From the NCBI RefSeq assembly GCF_000143415.4, contig NW_003314311.1, positions 1,124,769 through 1,188,768 on the forward strand: 64,000 nt of DNA. Direction: 5' to 3'. The DNA is from Selaginella moellendorffii. Taxonomy: Eukaryota > Plantae > Lycopodiophyta. Shown piece after piece: positions 1 through 12,369 of the stretch (position 1 is its first letter; each line of letters starts with the position of its first letter). A model generated the notes under the pieces. That model ran no database searches and was not told where the DNA came from. It saw only the letters and a list, made by a program, of their open reading frames with translations. Position numbers and translations under genes: made by a program.

Positions 1-1281
1 AAGTTGAGGGCGTTCTTGGGGCTATGCAACTACTATCGAAAGTTTATCAGACACTATTCGAGAGTAGCCCTGCCCTTAACGGACCAAACAGGAAAAGGGA
101 AGATGGTATGGACAGCGGAATGCGAGGCAGCATTCGTCCACCTTAAAGGGAAGTTGAGGAAGGCTCCCGTGTTGGCATTACCAGACTTTGGTAAGGACTT
201 TGAGGTAGAAATGGATGCTTCGGACTTTGCGTTGGGCGCAATTTTGAAGTAAGACAACTATCCAATAGCGTTCTTCTCGAAGAAGTTGGACAAGGCTCAA
301 CGGAAGTGGCTTGCCCACGAGAAGGAATTGTTTGTGGTGGTCAAGGCGCTCAAGGATTGGCAACACTACCTTGGGAGACACTTCAAGGTTTACACGGACA
401 ATGTAGCAACGAAACACTTTTGTCATAGCCCGACCTGAGAGGGAAACAAGGTCAGTAGGCCAATGCCTTGGCCGAGTTTGATTGTGAGATTCTGTACAAG
501 CATGGGAAGAGCAACATCGTGGCGGATGCGCTAAGTCGAAAAGCGAGCTTGAGGTTGGCGATATCCAACGCAACAGCAACCTTCTGGGACGATGTGCGGA
601 CAGCATATGAGAACGATGGTCTAGCACAAGAAGTGTTGCTGAGGAATCTAGAAGCACGGGAAGCTCACCAGAGAGGTGAGCTGCCAACGGAAGAAAAAAC
701 GGGCTATGCGGAACGCAACAGACTCATCTATTACAAGCAAACGAGGGTGTATGTTCTAGAAGGGGAACTAAGGAAGGTAGCCTTAGAAGAGTGTCATAAT
801 GAACCTCTTGCGGGACACGGCGGAGTGCCTAAGACGATGGGCTTACTCAAGAGGAAGTACCATTGGCCAGATATGGCTAAGGACGTCCAAGACTATGTAA
901 AGACATGTCCAACATGTCAGCAGGTCAAAGCCGTGACTAAGGCTAGTGGGGGCTTGTTGCAAAGCATCCCAATTCCAGATCATCCGTGGAAATGTCTTAC
1001 GATGGACTTCATCACGAGACTTCCCCCAAGCGAGGGGTTTGATGCGATATTCGTGGTGGTGGACCGATTTTCGAAAATGGCACATTTCATACCCACCACA
1101 ATGGAAGTGGATGCGGAAGGTGTGGCGAAGCTATTCTTCGAACAAGTGGTTCGAGTGCGAGGAAGGCCGGAAGAGATCATCTCAGACCAAGATAAGATCT
1201 TCACTAGTAGGTTCTAGAGGACTCTCCTAGAACAGTATCGCACCAAGTTGAAATTCAGCACAGCCTATCACCCACAGACAG

Positions 1282-1328
1282 GTATGGGGTATTAAGTCAA
1301 GTTGGTTGGCACTAACACTTCTTGATAG
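1282..1328 (+). other. Spliceosomal intron 1 in integrase (copy A), 47 nt
   Basis: GTATGG...CACTAAC...TAG. Removal restores the conserved STAYHPQT-D-GQTERVN integrase motif in frame. Confidence 0.85.
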
Positions 1329-1746
1329 ACGGACAAACGGAAAGGGTGAATAGGCAGCTGGAGGATTATTTGCGATGCTATGTCTCAGGAGACCACACCG
1401 ATTGGGTAAGTCATTTGGGACTTGCAGAAATATGTTATAACAACTCACCATATTCGAGTATCAGGGTGAGTCCATGGGAAGTCATCAATGGGCGAGCTAT
1501 TGAAGGTCTTGTGGAGCTCGGTGTGGCCGAGTACCATGGAGAGTTACCCGCAGTGGAGGCATTCATGGCGGAAAGACTCAGCATTTAGAATCTAGTGAGG
1601 GATTCCTTGGAACGGGCTCAACAAAGGCAAACCAAATACGTGAACCAGAAGCGTCAGGATGTAGAGTTCCAAGCTGGGGAAAAGGTGTGGCTGAACACCA
1701 AGAACCTCAGGCTACCAAGTGGGATCAGCCGAAAGTTGACCCAAAG

Positions 1747-1798
1747 GTAAAAATGCATGTATTCCTGTAAATGAATTGATCTTGAGTTCCTTAAGCAG
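1747..1798 (+). other. Spliceosomal intron 2 in integrase (copy A), 52 nt
   Basis: AG|GTAAAA...AAGCAG|G. Removal restores KLTQR-FAGPY (GPY/F motif) in frame with the chromodomain. Confidence 0.85.
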
Positions 1799-2581
1799 GT
1801 TCGCAGGGCCTTACGAGATCGAGACACGAATCGGTAAAGTGGCTTACCGACTCCGACTTCCTCGAGTGATGGGGAAGATGCACCCAGTGTTCCGCGTGAA
1901 CTTACTCAAGCCGTACTTTGAGGATCCGCTTCGCAAGGACCAAGTAAGACCTTTACCTGAGGTTATCCAAGGGGAAGAGGAATACGAAGTTGAGGCCATC
2001 CTCAATGCGCGCAAGAGCAAGCGACAAGGACGCGAGGTGAAAGAGTTCCATGTGAAGTGGAAAGGATTTCCACACTGCGAAGCAACGTGGGAACCGGAGG
2101 AGAACCTAGAAAACGCGCGAGATCTAGTGGAGGAATTTCTGCAAGGCAGAACTCTATGTATTTATGCAAAGTTCAATTAAAGTATCAATTTGTGGAGTTG
2201 AGCAATGGCATATGTTGGGACCCGAAAGCGCGCCGAAGGTAAGCTAATTAGCATGGGTTAGCTAGGTCGACCAGGCGTAGGGCACTACGCCCGACTCCCC
2301 GCGGGGATGTCAAATCCATAGACATATTCTACGGAGGTTGGGTTCAAGTCCCAACCCCCTAGTAAAGCAAGGCTGGGTTCAAGTCCCGACCCTATACTAG
2401 GGCGTGGTGAGGTGAGGAGTGTAGGGACACCTATACTCTGTTGTCATGGCTCTTGGCCAGGGAGGCTAATTTAGGCACACCGCTAAGTGGGGGGATGCCC
2501 CCGGAGACATGGTCAACAAGTCGTAAGATAAAAAAGAGACGTTCGATGTGGGCATCGAACTTCTTCTATGGGTGGTGGAGT

Positions 2582-3738
2582 TGTAAGGAACCGACTCCCC
2601 GAGATGTCGTAGGCTAAAGGATCCCCGAAAGCATGACCGAAATGACAAAGAGTTCATCGGATGGGACCGAGTCGAAGATTGAGTCCAAGACCGACTCTGA
2701 GACCGAGTCGAGATAGAGTCCGGGATCGAGTCCGAGACCGAATCGAAGACCGAGTTCGAGACCGAGTTCGAGACAGAGTCCGAGATCCAAATCGGGTCCG
2801 AGACCGAGTCCGAGGTCGAGTCCGAGGTCGAGTCCGAAGTCGAGTCCGAGATCGGGTCCGAGATCGAGTCTGAAATCGAGTCCGAGACCGAGTCCGAAGT
2901 CGAGTCCGAGATCGAGTCCGAGATCGATTCTGAGACTAATTCCAAATACTAATACAGCTCAAGGCGTGAAAGCCCAAAGCATGCATCTCCCAGGGGGGGG
3001 GGGCTGCAAGGGGTTCCAAAAGTATAGTAGGGATAGTGAGGTCCAAGAACCAGTCTTGAAGGAACTCTCCAGTGGGGCTTCCAAACTGACTTGAGGTTGA
3101 GATTGGGGCCGAGGGGCCTTGGGTGGGAGTGAGCATGGGCTTGAGTGGTGCCGAAGGGGCCAACCAGGGAAGTGCTCAAGAGTAGCTCCCACTCCCGAAA
3201 GGGAAACCGACTACAGTGCTCCCGGCTCATGTGGAGTGGTGCCCCACTTGAGTACCTTGTGGCTCATTGGTCCTCGCCCTTCCTAGGGGCTTGGGCCTTG
3301 CCTTCGGGATGGAAGTGCGGGGGTAGAGGTACCCATACCGGGCCGTTAGGCCACGGTGTTTCTCCCTGACGTCCCGAAGCAAGTGCTGCACCCAAGGCTT
3401 GGGATTTAGAGGGTCCCATGATCAAGTCTTGTGGTACCAAGGGGTGTTAGGAATCTGGAGGCTTGGTGTGCTTGGCTGCTTGTGCCTGCGGGGAGTGTAA
3501 CCGAACCTTAATTCCAGTCTAACCCGGGGAGGGGGATTCGGAGAGATTTGGGAATCCGTAGATGGATGGCTAACACTTCGTTGCTCATGCAGTGAGTAGC
3601 TAAAACCAAGTAGGACCAAGTAGGAGCTGGTACCATAGGCGAGAACCTTGGCGAGGGACCTTAGCACAAGCCAAGGCAGTGTTGGTCGAATAGACGAGGT
3701 AAGCTGGCAAATTGGAAAGGAAAAATTTGTGGCTTACA
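2582..3738 (+). repeat. 3' LTR of copy A (1157 bp)
   Basis: TGTAAG...CTTACA termini, preceded by a purine-rich PPT; matches 12370-13521 and 18755-19900. Confidence 0.95.
2662..2937. repeat. 6/12-bp degenerate tandem array (GAGTCCGAGAYC) in LTR U3; also at ~12450-12717 and ~18836-19097
   Basis: Directly visible periodicity; generates spurious SDSI / RVRD ORFs. Confidence 0.9.
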
Positions 3739-3876
3739 CACTGCTGTGGCGCTATGCATTTCGCCAGGGATCACCAACGATGTCATCGGAGTTCTCAACG
3801 TCTTTTTATGCTAGCACTTGTCCCGATCTCCCTCAAATCGTGAGAAGTGTGATTCGCTTTGAATTTTCCAATGACA
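3739..3876 (+). pseudogene. Peroxidase exon-1 remnant downstream of the LTR insertion, truncated at a local duplication junction
   Basis: Matches 28557-28695 (LLRRYAFRQGSPTMSSE...EFSND), then jumps back into upstream spacer sequence. Confidence 0.85.
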
Positions 3877-4925
3877 TTTTGAGTTTTCAACTGTGGAGTG
3901 ATAAATATGTTAAAGGCTATATTATCATATAATTTCCCCTTTTTCAATTGGTTGGTGAAATTTTTTTTGCTACCTTGGAGTAGGAAAATATATGGTGCTT
4001 GCTTCACTTAGATTAGGATTAACTTGTTGTAGTTAGTGATGAAGCACAAGTGAAAAATCATGAGAAGGAAATAAGTGGGAGATTATTTTAAGCCTAGATA
4101 AAAAATTTGATGATTTACAAATGAAAAAAGTCTATATTAATGGGAACAATAGTATATAGTTGGTTAATTAGGATGTGATTATAGGATGAGATTTAGATAA
4201 CTATCATTATAGATCCTTGAGATAAATAGCTATTAAATTTATTTTTATTAAATAATTACCTTTTCTCCAGTTGACTTAAATAAAATATGTTACATTTGGG
4301 TAGGATGGGTTTAATTCCTAAGAAAGTGGCACATTCACAAAAATGAAGAAACCGAAGTGGCATAATATTTATATATAGGAGAAAAAATATTAAAAAAAAC
4401 GAGAGGCACATCACAATTATAAGAAAAAGGTACAACATTCCATGCATAAGGAACTTAAGAGAAGGCGGCAAAGAGTATTGTGCCACGCCATTCATGCTAG
4501 ACAAGCAATGGGGATGCGGACAAAAACTTGGTTTCATCTCACGGGCGGAAAACCTTCGACCTCTCCAAGTTTTCCCTGTCAAACTCATGCTGAAGAGAAA
4601 CATAAAATGGAAAAAAAATATTAAAAAAAGAGAAAAGAAGATAAGAAAAAGTCACCAAAAAGAGAAAAAATATTAAAAAAAGGAGGAGGAAGACTTTTAA
4701 AGAGGATGAAAAATATTAAAAACGAAGGAGAGAGGAAAAGGTCTATGGCAGAGGAGACAAGAAAACATAGTAGAGTGGGGAAATATAATATAGTCAAAAG
4801 TTCAATAGATGCTAGCTGTAATTGAATTTTGTTATTTCCAATCCAACAGAGGAGAAGACAAAAGAGAAAAATTGTATAAATAGACTTCATTTGCGACGGG
4901 TGGAAGAAAATTTTTACTGATCAAA

Positions 4926-5969
4926 ATGCAGCGATTCAAACTTCAAGCTCCAGTCGCCTTTGCCGCATTACTACTAGTGCTAGCACTGCTGCGGCACTAT
5001 GTATTTCACCAAGGATCACAAATAATGTCATCAGAGCTCTCAACTTCTTTCTATGTTAGCACTTGTCCCGATCTCCCTCAGATCGTGAGAAGTGTGATTC
5101 ACTCTGAATTTTCCAACAACAGTCGATCTGCTGCATCAATCCTCAAGCTCCACTTCCAAGATTGCTTCGCTGGAGTAAGTTAGAAATTAAAATAGCGTTG
5201 CTCATTAATGGCTGCCAGGGCTGCGACGGATCGCTGCTCCTCCAGCGAGGAGATGGGCGCTCCGCCAAGGGACTCAAAACCATCAACAACGTCAAGCGCG
5301 CCGTGGAGACTTCATGCCCGGCAACAGTATCGTGCGCGGACATTCTTGCGCTGAGCGCCCGTGAATCCGTCATAGCCGTGAGTGAGAATCTCCATCGCGG
5401 CTTGAGTTGATCATTCTCTTTCGACTTTGCAGCTGGGCGGCCCTTCATGGACAGTAGAATTTGGCCGACGGGACAGTCCCGCGACCGTCGCCACCGCAAT
5501 GGAGGCCATTCCCAGCCCAAACCTCACCGCAACGCAGCTCATCGAGCGCTTCCAAAGGCGGGGTCTTTCCAAGCGTGATCTCGTAGCGCTTTCAGGAGGC
5601 CACTCCATCGGCCAGGCCCAGTGCTCTGCATTTAGCGCACGCCTCTTCAATGGAACCCCAGGAGATAGCATCGATCGGGCCTTCAAATCTCGACTCGAGA
5701 AGAATTGCCCTCCAACAGCCCCAGACAGATTGACCAATTTGGATCCATCCCCCACCACCTTCGACAACTTGTACTTTCGAGCTCTCCTGGCCAATCAGTC
5801 GCTCCTCTTTTCAGACCAGCAGCTCTTGCAGAGTGATCTGGTGGGCTTTGTCAAGGAGTTTGCGGCCAATCAGCAGACGTTCTTTACCGCGTTCGCCGCT
5901 GGCATGATCAAAATGGGCAAGCTCTCGCCAATCACAGGAGGGCATGGTGAAATTCGATCCTCGTGCTAG
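4926..5969 (+). CDS. Class III peroxidase-like protein, copy A (exons 4926-5174, 5219-5377, 5433-5969; 314 aa)
   Basis: Signal peptide, FY..TCP, LHFQDCF|GCDGSLLL, CPATVSCADILAL, LGGPSW.V.FGRRD, VALSGGHSIG, TFDNLYF, FSDQ, MIKMG. GT-AG introns at the canonical class III positions 1 and 2. Confidence 0.88.
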
Positions 5970-6464
5970 TTTTTTTCCTATACATGTAAATCTATTCCTC
6001 ACATAAAAATATACACCACAGCCTTGACTAGAGAAAGGAATGTTGGCATATCCCGTAGCTTGATGATGGTGGTGGAAATTTTCTCGTCCTGCTAAATCAC
6101 TCTGGTGAGAGATTCCATTCTTCCCAATCAAGATCCCCCTTAAGCTCGGCCACTTGGCCAATGAGCCAAGATTTTCGCCGCGAGCCAGGGCACGTCATCG
6201 CAGCCGCATCGGCGAAATTTCAATTCCCACGGTTAGGAATCTTCAACTCCCTGCGAATAACGAAACCGAAGCTTTGACAATGGCGAAGAAAGAGGCTGCA
6301 CTCTTAAACCCTAACGTTAATATATATAAACCTTAGGTTTTAGACGTATTGCCACGCAATGGCGAATATTCACTGGCATATACTTGCTTGCTGTGGAGAA
6401 AATTTTGTGCTGCCTAAGGCGCTGCGATCGGTAGGAGTGATGCGCTTGGGCGCTCGGTGTCGTC

Positions 6465-9400
6465 ATGTTTGAGGCTCATGTGAGTGATCGATCGCTAGTT
6501 TGGGGATTGGAGAGATGGATTGCATTTGGCGGACTGGATTGAGCTCGCGATTTTCTCCATTTCTTGTTTCTGCAGGTCTTGTATCTTCTTCGCAGATACC
6601 TGGGCCAGTATGTGCGGGGTCTCTCAGCGGAGGCGCTCCAGATCAGTGTGTGGAAAGGTGAGAGCTAGATCTTTTGCTCGGGGGGTGTTGAAATTTTGGT
6701 GTTTTTTGGACAGGCGATGTAGTGCTCAAGGACTTGCAGCTCAAGGCTGAAGCACTGAATGCTCTGAGGCTTCCTCTCACTGTCAAAGCTGGATTCCTTG
6801 GGTCTGTCACGTTGAAGGCAAGGCATTGATCAAGAAAAGTGTACCTTTGATTCTTATGCTTTCGTTTTTCTTAGATTCCTTGGAACAAGCTTGGAAGAGA
6901 TCCGGTGATTGTACTTCTCGACCGGGTTTTTGTTTTGGCGGAGCCTGTTGAAGATGAACAGCTTTTCAAGGTAAGATTTGGTTTTTAGCTTCAAGCGTTA
7001 CGGAAACTTTCGTGAAATGCGGTTGCAGAACGAGAACATGGAAGCCTGGCTTGACGCTAAGCGGAGCCAGATTGAGGTTAGTACATACTTGCCTGTCAAG
7101 TTTATTCTCAAACGCTTTTTGTGTCTTAAGGAGCTGGAGATGGCATTGCTTGATGCGAAGGCAGGAAGATCCGGTGATGATGCGGTATGTGCCGCAAAAT
7201 GCTGTTTGAGGTTTCGTGTTAAATTTTCTGTTTTTTGCAGTTGCCGGAAAGTAAGTCCTGGTTAGGCTCGCTCGTTGCGACGATCATTGGCAATCTTAAA
7301 GTCTCCGTGACTAATCTTCATATTCGTTACGAAGACACCCTCAGGTCGCGTTCATCTCTATCAAGTTAAATGCTGGTACTGATACTGGCTTCATTTTTCC
7401 GCAACCCCTCCCATCCATTTTGTTTTGGCGTTACTTTAGCCAAACTTGCCGCTGTGACCATCGACGAGAATGATGTAGAAACCTTCGTAACTAGCGGAGC
7501 TCTTGACAAGCTTCACAAGGTATTTTGATCAATTTTGTAACGTGTACTTCAGTTTCTTTTTTCCTGCTTGCTGTGCAGTCGCTCCAGCTGGATAGTTTTT
7601 CTATCTACCATGACTCGGATACTGGGCCGTGGACCCTGGAGAAACGGTGGGATGAGATGACATCCAAAGAATGGAGCGAGGTTTGTGTTTTCTTCAATGA
7701 AAACAGCATTTTACATTATTATGGTTTCAGATGTTTGAACTGAGCATTAAAGGGAAAATACAACACAAGTACCTGCTTCATCCGGTTGCTGGCCTGATGA
7801 AGTATCACCGGTGTGGAAAGAGAGAGAAAAGGGATTCTAAAACACCTTTTCAGAAGGCTTCTCTCGTTTTGGATCAAGTGTCTATTGCTGTGTCTGAGGT
7901 TGGTTTCTCTAAATGCTACACTTGGGTTAACTTTCATTCTGTTTTAGGATCAATATCGGGATGGTATTCAACTGTTGGAGGGTGTTTCACGGTACAGGAT
8001 ACGAATGGAGTTCTCTCTCTTCAGACCTATGATACCCGTGTTGGTAGATGCTAAGGCATGGTGGCGCTATGCTGGTCGTGCAGTAACGCAGCAGCAGAGA
8101 AAGTCAAGGTTCGTTTTGATATTTAACCGAGTATGCTAAAGCAAATTTTTGCAGGTGTAACTTCTCTTGGGAAAATCTGTCTCGAGCATCAGGATTACGA
8201 AAGAAATATGTGGATCTTTATGTTAGCGGGCTCCAGCAGGGCAAGTTTGACAATTTTGAAATAAGGCAAATCGACCGGGAGCTAGACGTAGAAGTTAATC
8301 TACTTTGGAGGTCGGTAGTTTGTGTATGCTTTCTGTTAGTTGATGGAGAAGTGGTGGCTGCAGAATGCTTGCCCATGCAAAAGTTGAGACGGCAAAGTTA
8401 AAAGAGGCAGCCGCGGCCCGGGAAAAGTCCAGGAAAAGCACCTGGTGGCCATTTGGCGGGTATTGTGGCATATGTTTTCATTTGTTTTACATTAATCGCT
8501 TGCTATGCAGGAGCGGCGCTGGTCCAAGGGCCTCAGTTGCCCAAGGCCCTGAAACGGAAGCGGCCCCAGCGCAACTTACAAAGGAAGAATGGAATAAGAT
8601 TAACGAGCTTCTAAGCTATCAACCGGGGCAAGACTATCCGCTGCTTTCTACTCAAGAGCCACAGAACATGCTGCAAACAATGCTCGACGTGACCATAAAA
8701 CAGAGCTTGGCGTGCATAAAAGACAGCACCGATTTGGTCATATTATGTGGGACTTTCTCCAATTTAAACGTTTCTCTCAAGCTGTTCCCGAAAACGTTCT
8801 TCTGCGACACTAAGTTGACGTACTATGGCCTTTCATCTCCAGAGGGGCCTCTCGTTTCGGTAAGCTGAATGGAATTTGCATGTCTTAAGATGATAATATC
8901 TGTCTGGTTTGACAGAGCGTGAGTAGAGAGGGAAGAGCACAAGCGTTGGATTTGACGTTTGTGTATGTTCCTTTCGAAGAACATTTGGATTGGAAGCTGT
9001 CTGTCACGATGTCATCATGCTATGTGACGGTAACGTTTTGTGTTGAAAGAGTTCATCCCAGCTTACATAATGCGTGCAGGTTTGGAGATCCAGTTTTGAC
9101 AGGGTCATGCACTTTATGAAATCTGGCCAAGCTATGAGCCCGACAGTGGCTTTGGAAACTGCTGTCGCTTTGCAGGTATGAGGCTCCGTAGCAAAAATAT
9201 ATGTTACTCATTTCACAGTGCATGCATGCCAGACAAAGCTAGAAGAGGTAACGAGGCGTGCTCAAGAACGGATACTATCTCAACTAGAGAAACAGAGAAG
9301 GTATTCAAAAGTTTATGCTACTCTTTTTGGCTTGACTTTTTCTTGCATGCAGGTTCTCTATAGATATTGATCTTGACGCTCCAAAAGTCTTAATTCCTGC

Positions 9401-10105
9401 ACTCAAAGATGAAGGAATTGGAAAGAAAAGCCAATTGTTGGTAGACTTGGGACATTTTAATCTTCGAACACTGGTACGTGCATAAGATGCATCTAAAACT
9501 TACAACATCCTTCTTCAGGGGAATGACGACGTTGAGTTCCTGAAACGAAGTCGCTACACTAAACTTCATGTATCTGGACGGGATATATCGGCTTTTCTTT
9601 GTTGATGGTGATTTCGAATGGGCTCACTTTCCTGCGCTGGCCACAGATGCTTGTGACAACGCATATTTAATCTTTCCTGTACTTGACCGTTGTGGGATGT
9701 CGATTATGCTACATATGGTGATGCTAGTTACGACATAGTTTGTGGCTATTGACTTTATGTTCCAGGCTCAATATGAAGATTTGAATTGGCCTTCAACATG
9801 CGTTGCAATTGAAGTTCCTCGCCTTGGTATCCATTTTTCTCCTACAAGATACCTTAGGCTGCTCTATCTTCTGCACGCTCTGGAGTCGGCTGACCGGTCC
9901 AGCTCCCAGCCGAACGCTTTATCTTGGCAACCATCAGAGGCAGCTGGAGATGCACGAGTGCTTAAATTGTTACTTTCCTCGCCCATCAGCGTCTAAGCAT
10001 CACTCATTCTGCAGGGAATTGGTAATATTACTGCAGAATGGCAGCCTTGTTGGATTGCGTTGGCAGGGCCATACCTGTACGTTCTAGAGGCAGAAGACTC
10101 AAAGA
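6465..10105 (+). pseudogene. 3'-truncated VPS13 duplicate (copy A)
   Basis: Collinear with 30048-33697. Acceptor CAG->CCG near 7400, +1 T near 9595, 11-nt deletion removing a donor near 9963, abrupt end after ...GACTCAAAGA. Confidence 0.9.
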
Positions 10106-12369
10106 ACAGCCCACATCAATGCATGAGCTACTCCTCAAAGGACAGGAGGAAAGCCTCCTCTACCCTGGAAATCCCAAGCTTTTGGAGAAGATCACACTCT
10201 AGAGTCTCTACTGCAATGAAAGGCCCATGACATACTGGAAACTCTCACTTAAGCATCTTGCACTGGAGATTTCCCTTGTGGCCGGAGATGAATGCGGTGA
10301 TGTTGTGATGTTGTGAGGTTTATTTATGATGCACTTGCACTGGACACACTTCTTCCAGTAAGATCTGAACCACATCACGTACTCTAGTCTAGATTCATAT
10401 GCTTTTTGTTGAAAAATGAACAAGGTTATGAGTAAGTGATTTGCTAGTCATTATTGATCAAAGTGATTTTGGAAAGATGCTTTGAATGTGGAGTAGTTAA
10501 CTATGTTTGCCTCCAAAAGAGTGTTTTTTCCATGTTGTTTGGCCAATGAGTGATTGCAAAAAGTTGTAAAGCTTGTGCCAATGCTATTTGATGGACAATA
10601 TTGTTCAAAGTGAGTGATATATGTTTTGGCAAAGATGTCACCATTGCTAAAGAAGTGTGCCTTGCTATAGAATATGGATGTGCATGGGGAGAACCATCAA
10701 TGGTAGACTCTTTCACTCAGTATCTATGGTAAACAATGCTTCTTTCTTGCTAGAAAGAGCATTTTGGTAATCTAGCTTGCATAGGTATCAAAACATCCCT
10801 ATACCCTATGCATTATATGAAAGATTATTGGCTGCCATCTCTGCCTGAAATGAGTTTGAACTAGCATAATAAAGTGTCTAATATGTAGCAAATGCCAAGT
10901 CATAGAAAGATGTTAAAGAATTTTAATTTGTGTCAGAATAAAATGTCCAAAATGGGATAGTTCCAAATAAATAAGTATACTACTGTGGATTTCCCCTAAC
11001 CAAGATTGTTGTCCTTTTGCAAATCCCAATTCCTCATAAAGAAAAGAGAAATTTAGCTATAAAATTGAAGAAAGATATGAAAGATATCATGAAAGAATAT
11101 AGATATAGGATATCACCTAAAAACAGTGGAAAAAAAAAAAACAAAGAAAACAAGCTATAACTTTTAAAATGTTTCAAAGTGAATATGAAATTTGATATAG
11201 ACTCATTAAAAAAGCTTATACTTAAACAAAGAGAATGAGATTAAAACGATGGAGCTAAAACACCAAAATGCCTGTAGAAAACTGATTTAAACTTTAAATT
11301 TATAACTCATGTAATTATGAGATAAGATTTAGATATATTATTATTATGAATCTTTGGAACCTTGAGGATCCATTTGGACAATTTCCTTGTTTTAACACAC
11401 ACATTTTGAGTTTTCAACTGTGGAGTGATAAATATGTTAAAGGCTATATTATCAAATAATTTCCCCTTTTTCAATTTGTTGGTGAAATTTTTTTTGCTAC
11501 CTTGGAGTAGGAAAATATATGGTGCTTGCTTCACTTAGATTAGGATTAACTTGTTGTAGTTAGTGATGAAGCACAAGTGAAAACTCATGAGAGGGAAATA
11601 AGTGGGAGATTATTTTAAGCCTAGATAAAAAATTTGATGATTTACAAATGAAAAAAGTCTATATTAATGGGAACAATAGTATATAGTTGGTTAATTAGGA
11701 TGTGATTATAGGATGAGATTTAGATAACTATCATTATAGATCCTTGAGATAAAATAGCTATTAAATTTATTTTTATTAAATAATTACCTTTTCTCCAGTT
11801 GACTTAAATAAAATATGTTACATTTGGTTAGGATGGGTTCAATTCCTAAGAAAGTGGCACATTCACAAAATGAGGAAACCGAAGTGGCATAATATTTATA
11901 TATAGGAGAAAAAATATTTAAAAAAACGAGGGGCACATCACAATTATAAGGAAGGGGTACAACATTCAGAAAGAAGAGAAACATAAAATGGAAAAAAAAT
12001 ATTAAAAAAAGAGAAAAGAAGATAAGAAAAAGTCACCAAAAAGAGAAAAAATATTAAAAAAAGGAGGAGGAAGACTTTTAAAGAGGATAAAAAATATTAA
12101 AAACGAAGGAGAGAGGAAAAGGTCTATGGCAGAGGAGACAAGAAAAACATAATAGAGTGGGGAAATATAATATAGTTGAATGTTCAATAGGTGCTAGCTG
12201 TCATTAAATTTCATTATTTCTAATCTAATAGAGGAGAGGACAAAAGAGAAAAATTGTATAAATAGACTTCATTTGCGAGGGTGGAAGAAAATTTTTACTA
12301 ATCAAAATGTAGCAATTCAAACTTCAGGCTCCAGTCGCCTTTGATGCATTACTGCTGGTGCTAGCACTG
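10106..12369 (+). repeat. AT-rich spacer/peroxidase promoter, older paralog of 26278-28561; its distal part recurs at ~3874-4925 and ~20036-21087
   Basis: Collinear with many substitutions and indels; TATAAAT at ~12257 and ~28458 upstream of the peroxidase ATG. Confidence 0.85.
12307..12369 (+). pseudogene. 5' half of LTR-disrupted peroxidase exon 1 (continues at 19901-20038)
   Basis: ATG TAG... homologous to ATG CAG... at 28500; interrupted at CACTG by the retroelement. Confidence 0.85.

Larger units (their letters stand above)
1..2180 (+). pseudogene. Degenerate pol (RNase H-integrase-chromodomain) of copy A
   Basis: ORF pieces 4-252, 468-1217, 1322-1588, 1776-2180. Extra stops (TAA at 250, TAG at 1215 and 1586) and a 1-nt deletion near 420 relative to copy B. 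Confidence 0.9.
1..3738 (+). mobile_element. Ty3/gypsy chromovirus LTR retrotransposon, copy A (5' part lies outside the window)
   Basis: RT connection/RNase H (DASDFALGA), integrase HHCC + DDE, GPY motif, chromodomain (EYEVEAIL...VKWKGF...TWEPEENL), PPT and 3' LTR ending CTTACA followed by CACTG. Near-identical to 16173-19900. Confidence 0.95.
1..10125 (+). repeat. Segmental tandem duplication, period ~16.17 kb (partner 16173-26297)
   Basis: ORF track and sequence repeat at offsets 16162-16173 across retroelement, peroxidase and VPS13 fragment. Confidence 0.95.

Noticed and set aside
2336-2391. tRNA gene or SINE
   Set aside because: Only T-arm-like hairpins; I could not build a cloverleaf or find a properly spaced A-box.
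2662-2937. CRISPR-like periodicity
   Set aside because: Contiguous 6/12-bp units with no spacers, inside a eukaryotic LTR.
2466-2945. Ser/Asp-rich and Arg/Val/Asp-rich ORFs (also 12317-12721, 18639-19106)
   Set aside because: Translations of the LTR tandem array; no independent coding evidence.
5143-6161. Minus-strand ORFs conserved in three copies
   Set aside because: Antisense to the peroxidase; conservation reflects recent duplication.
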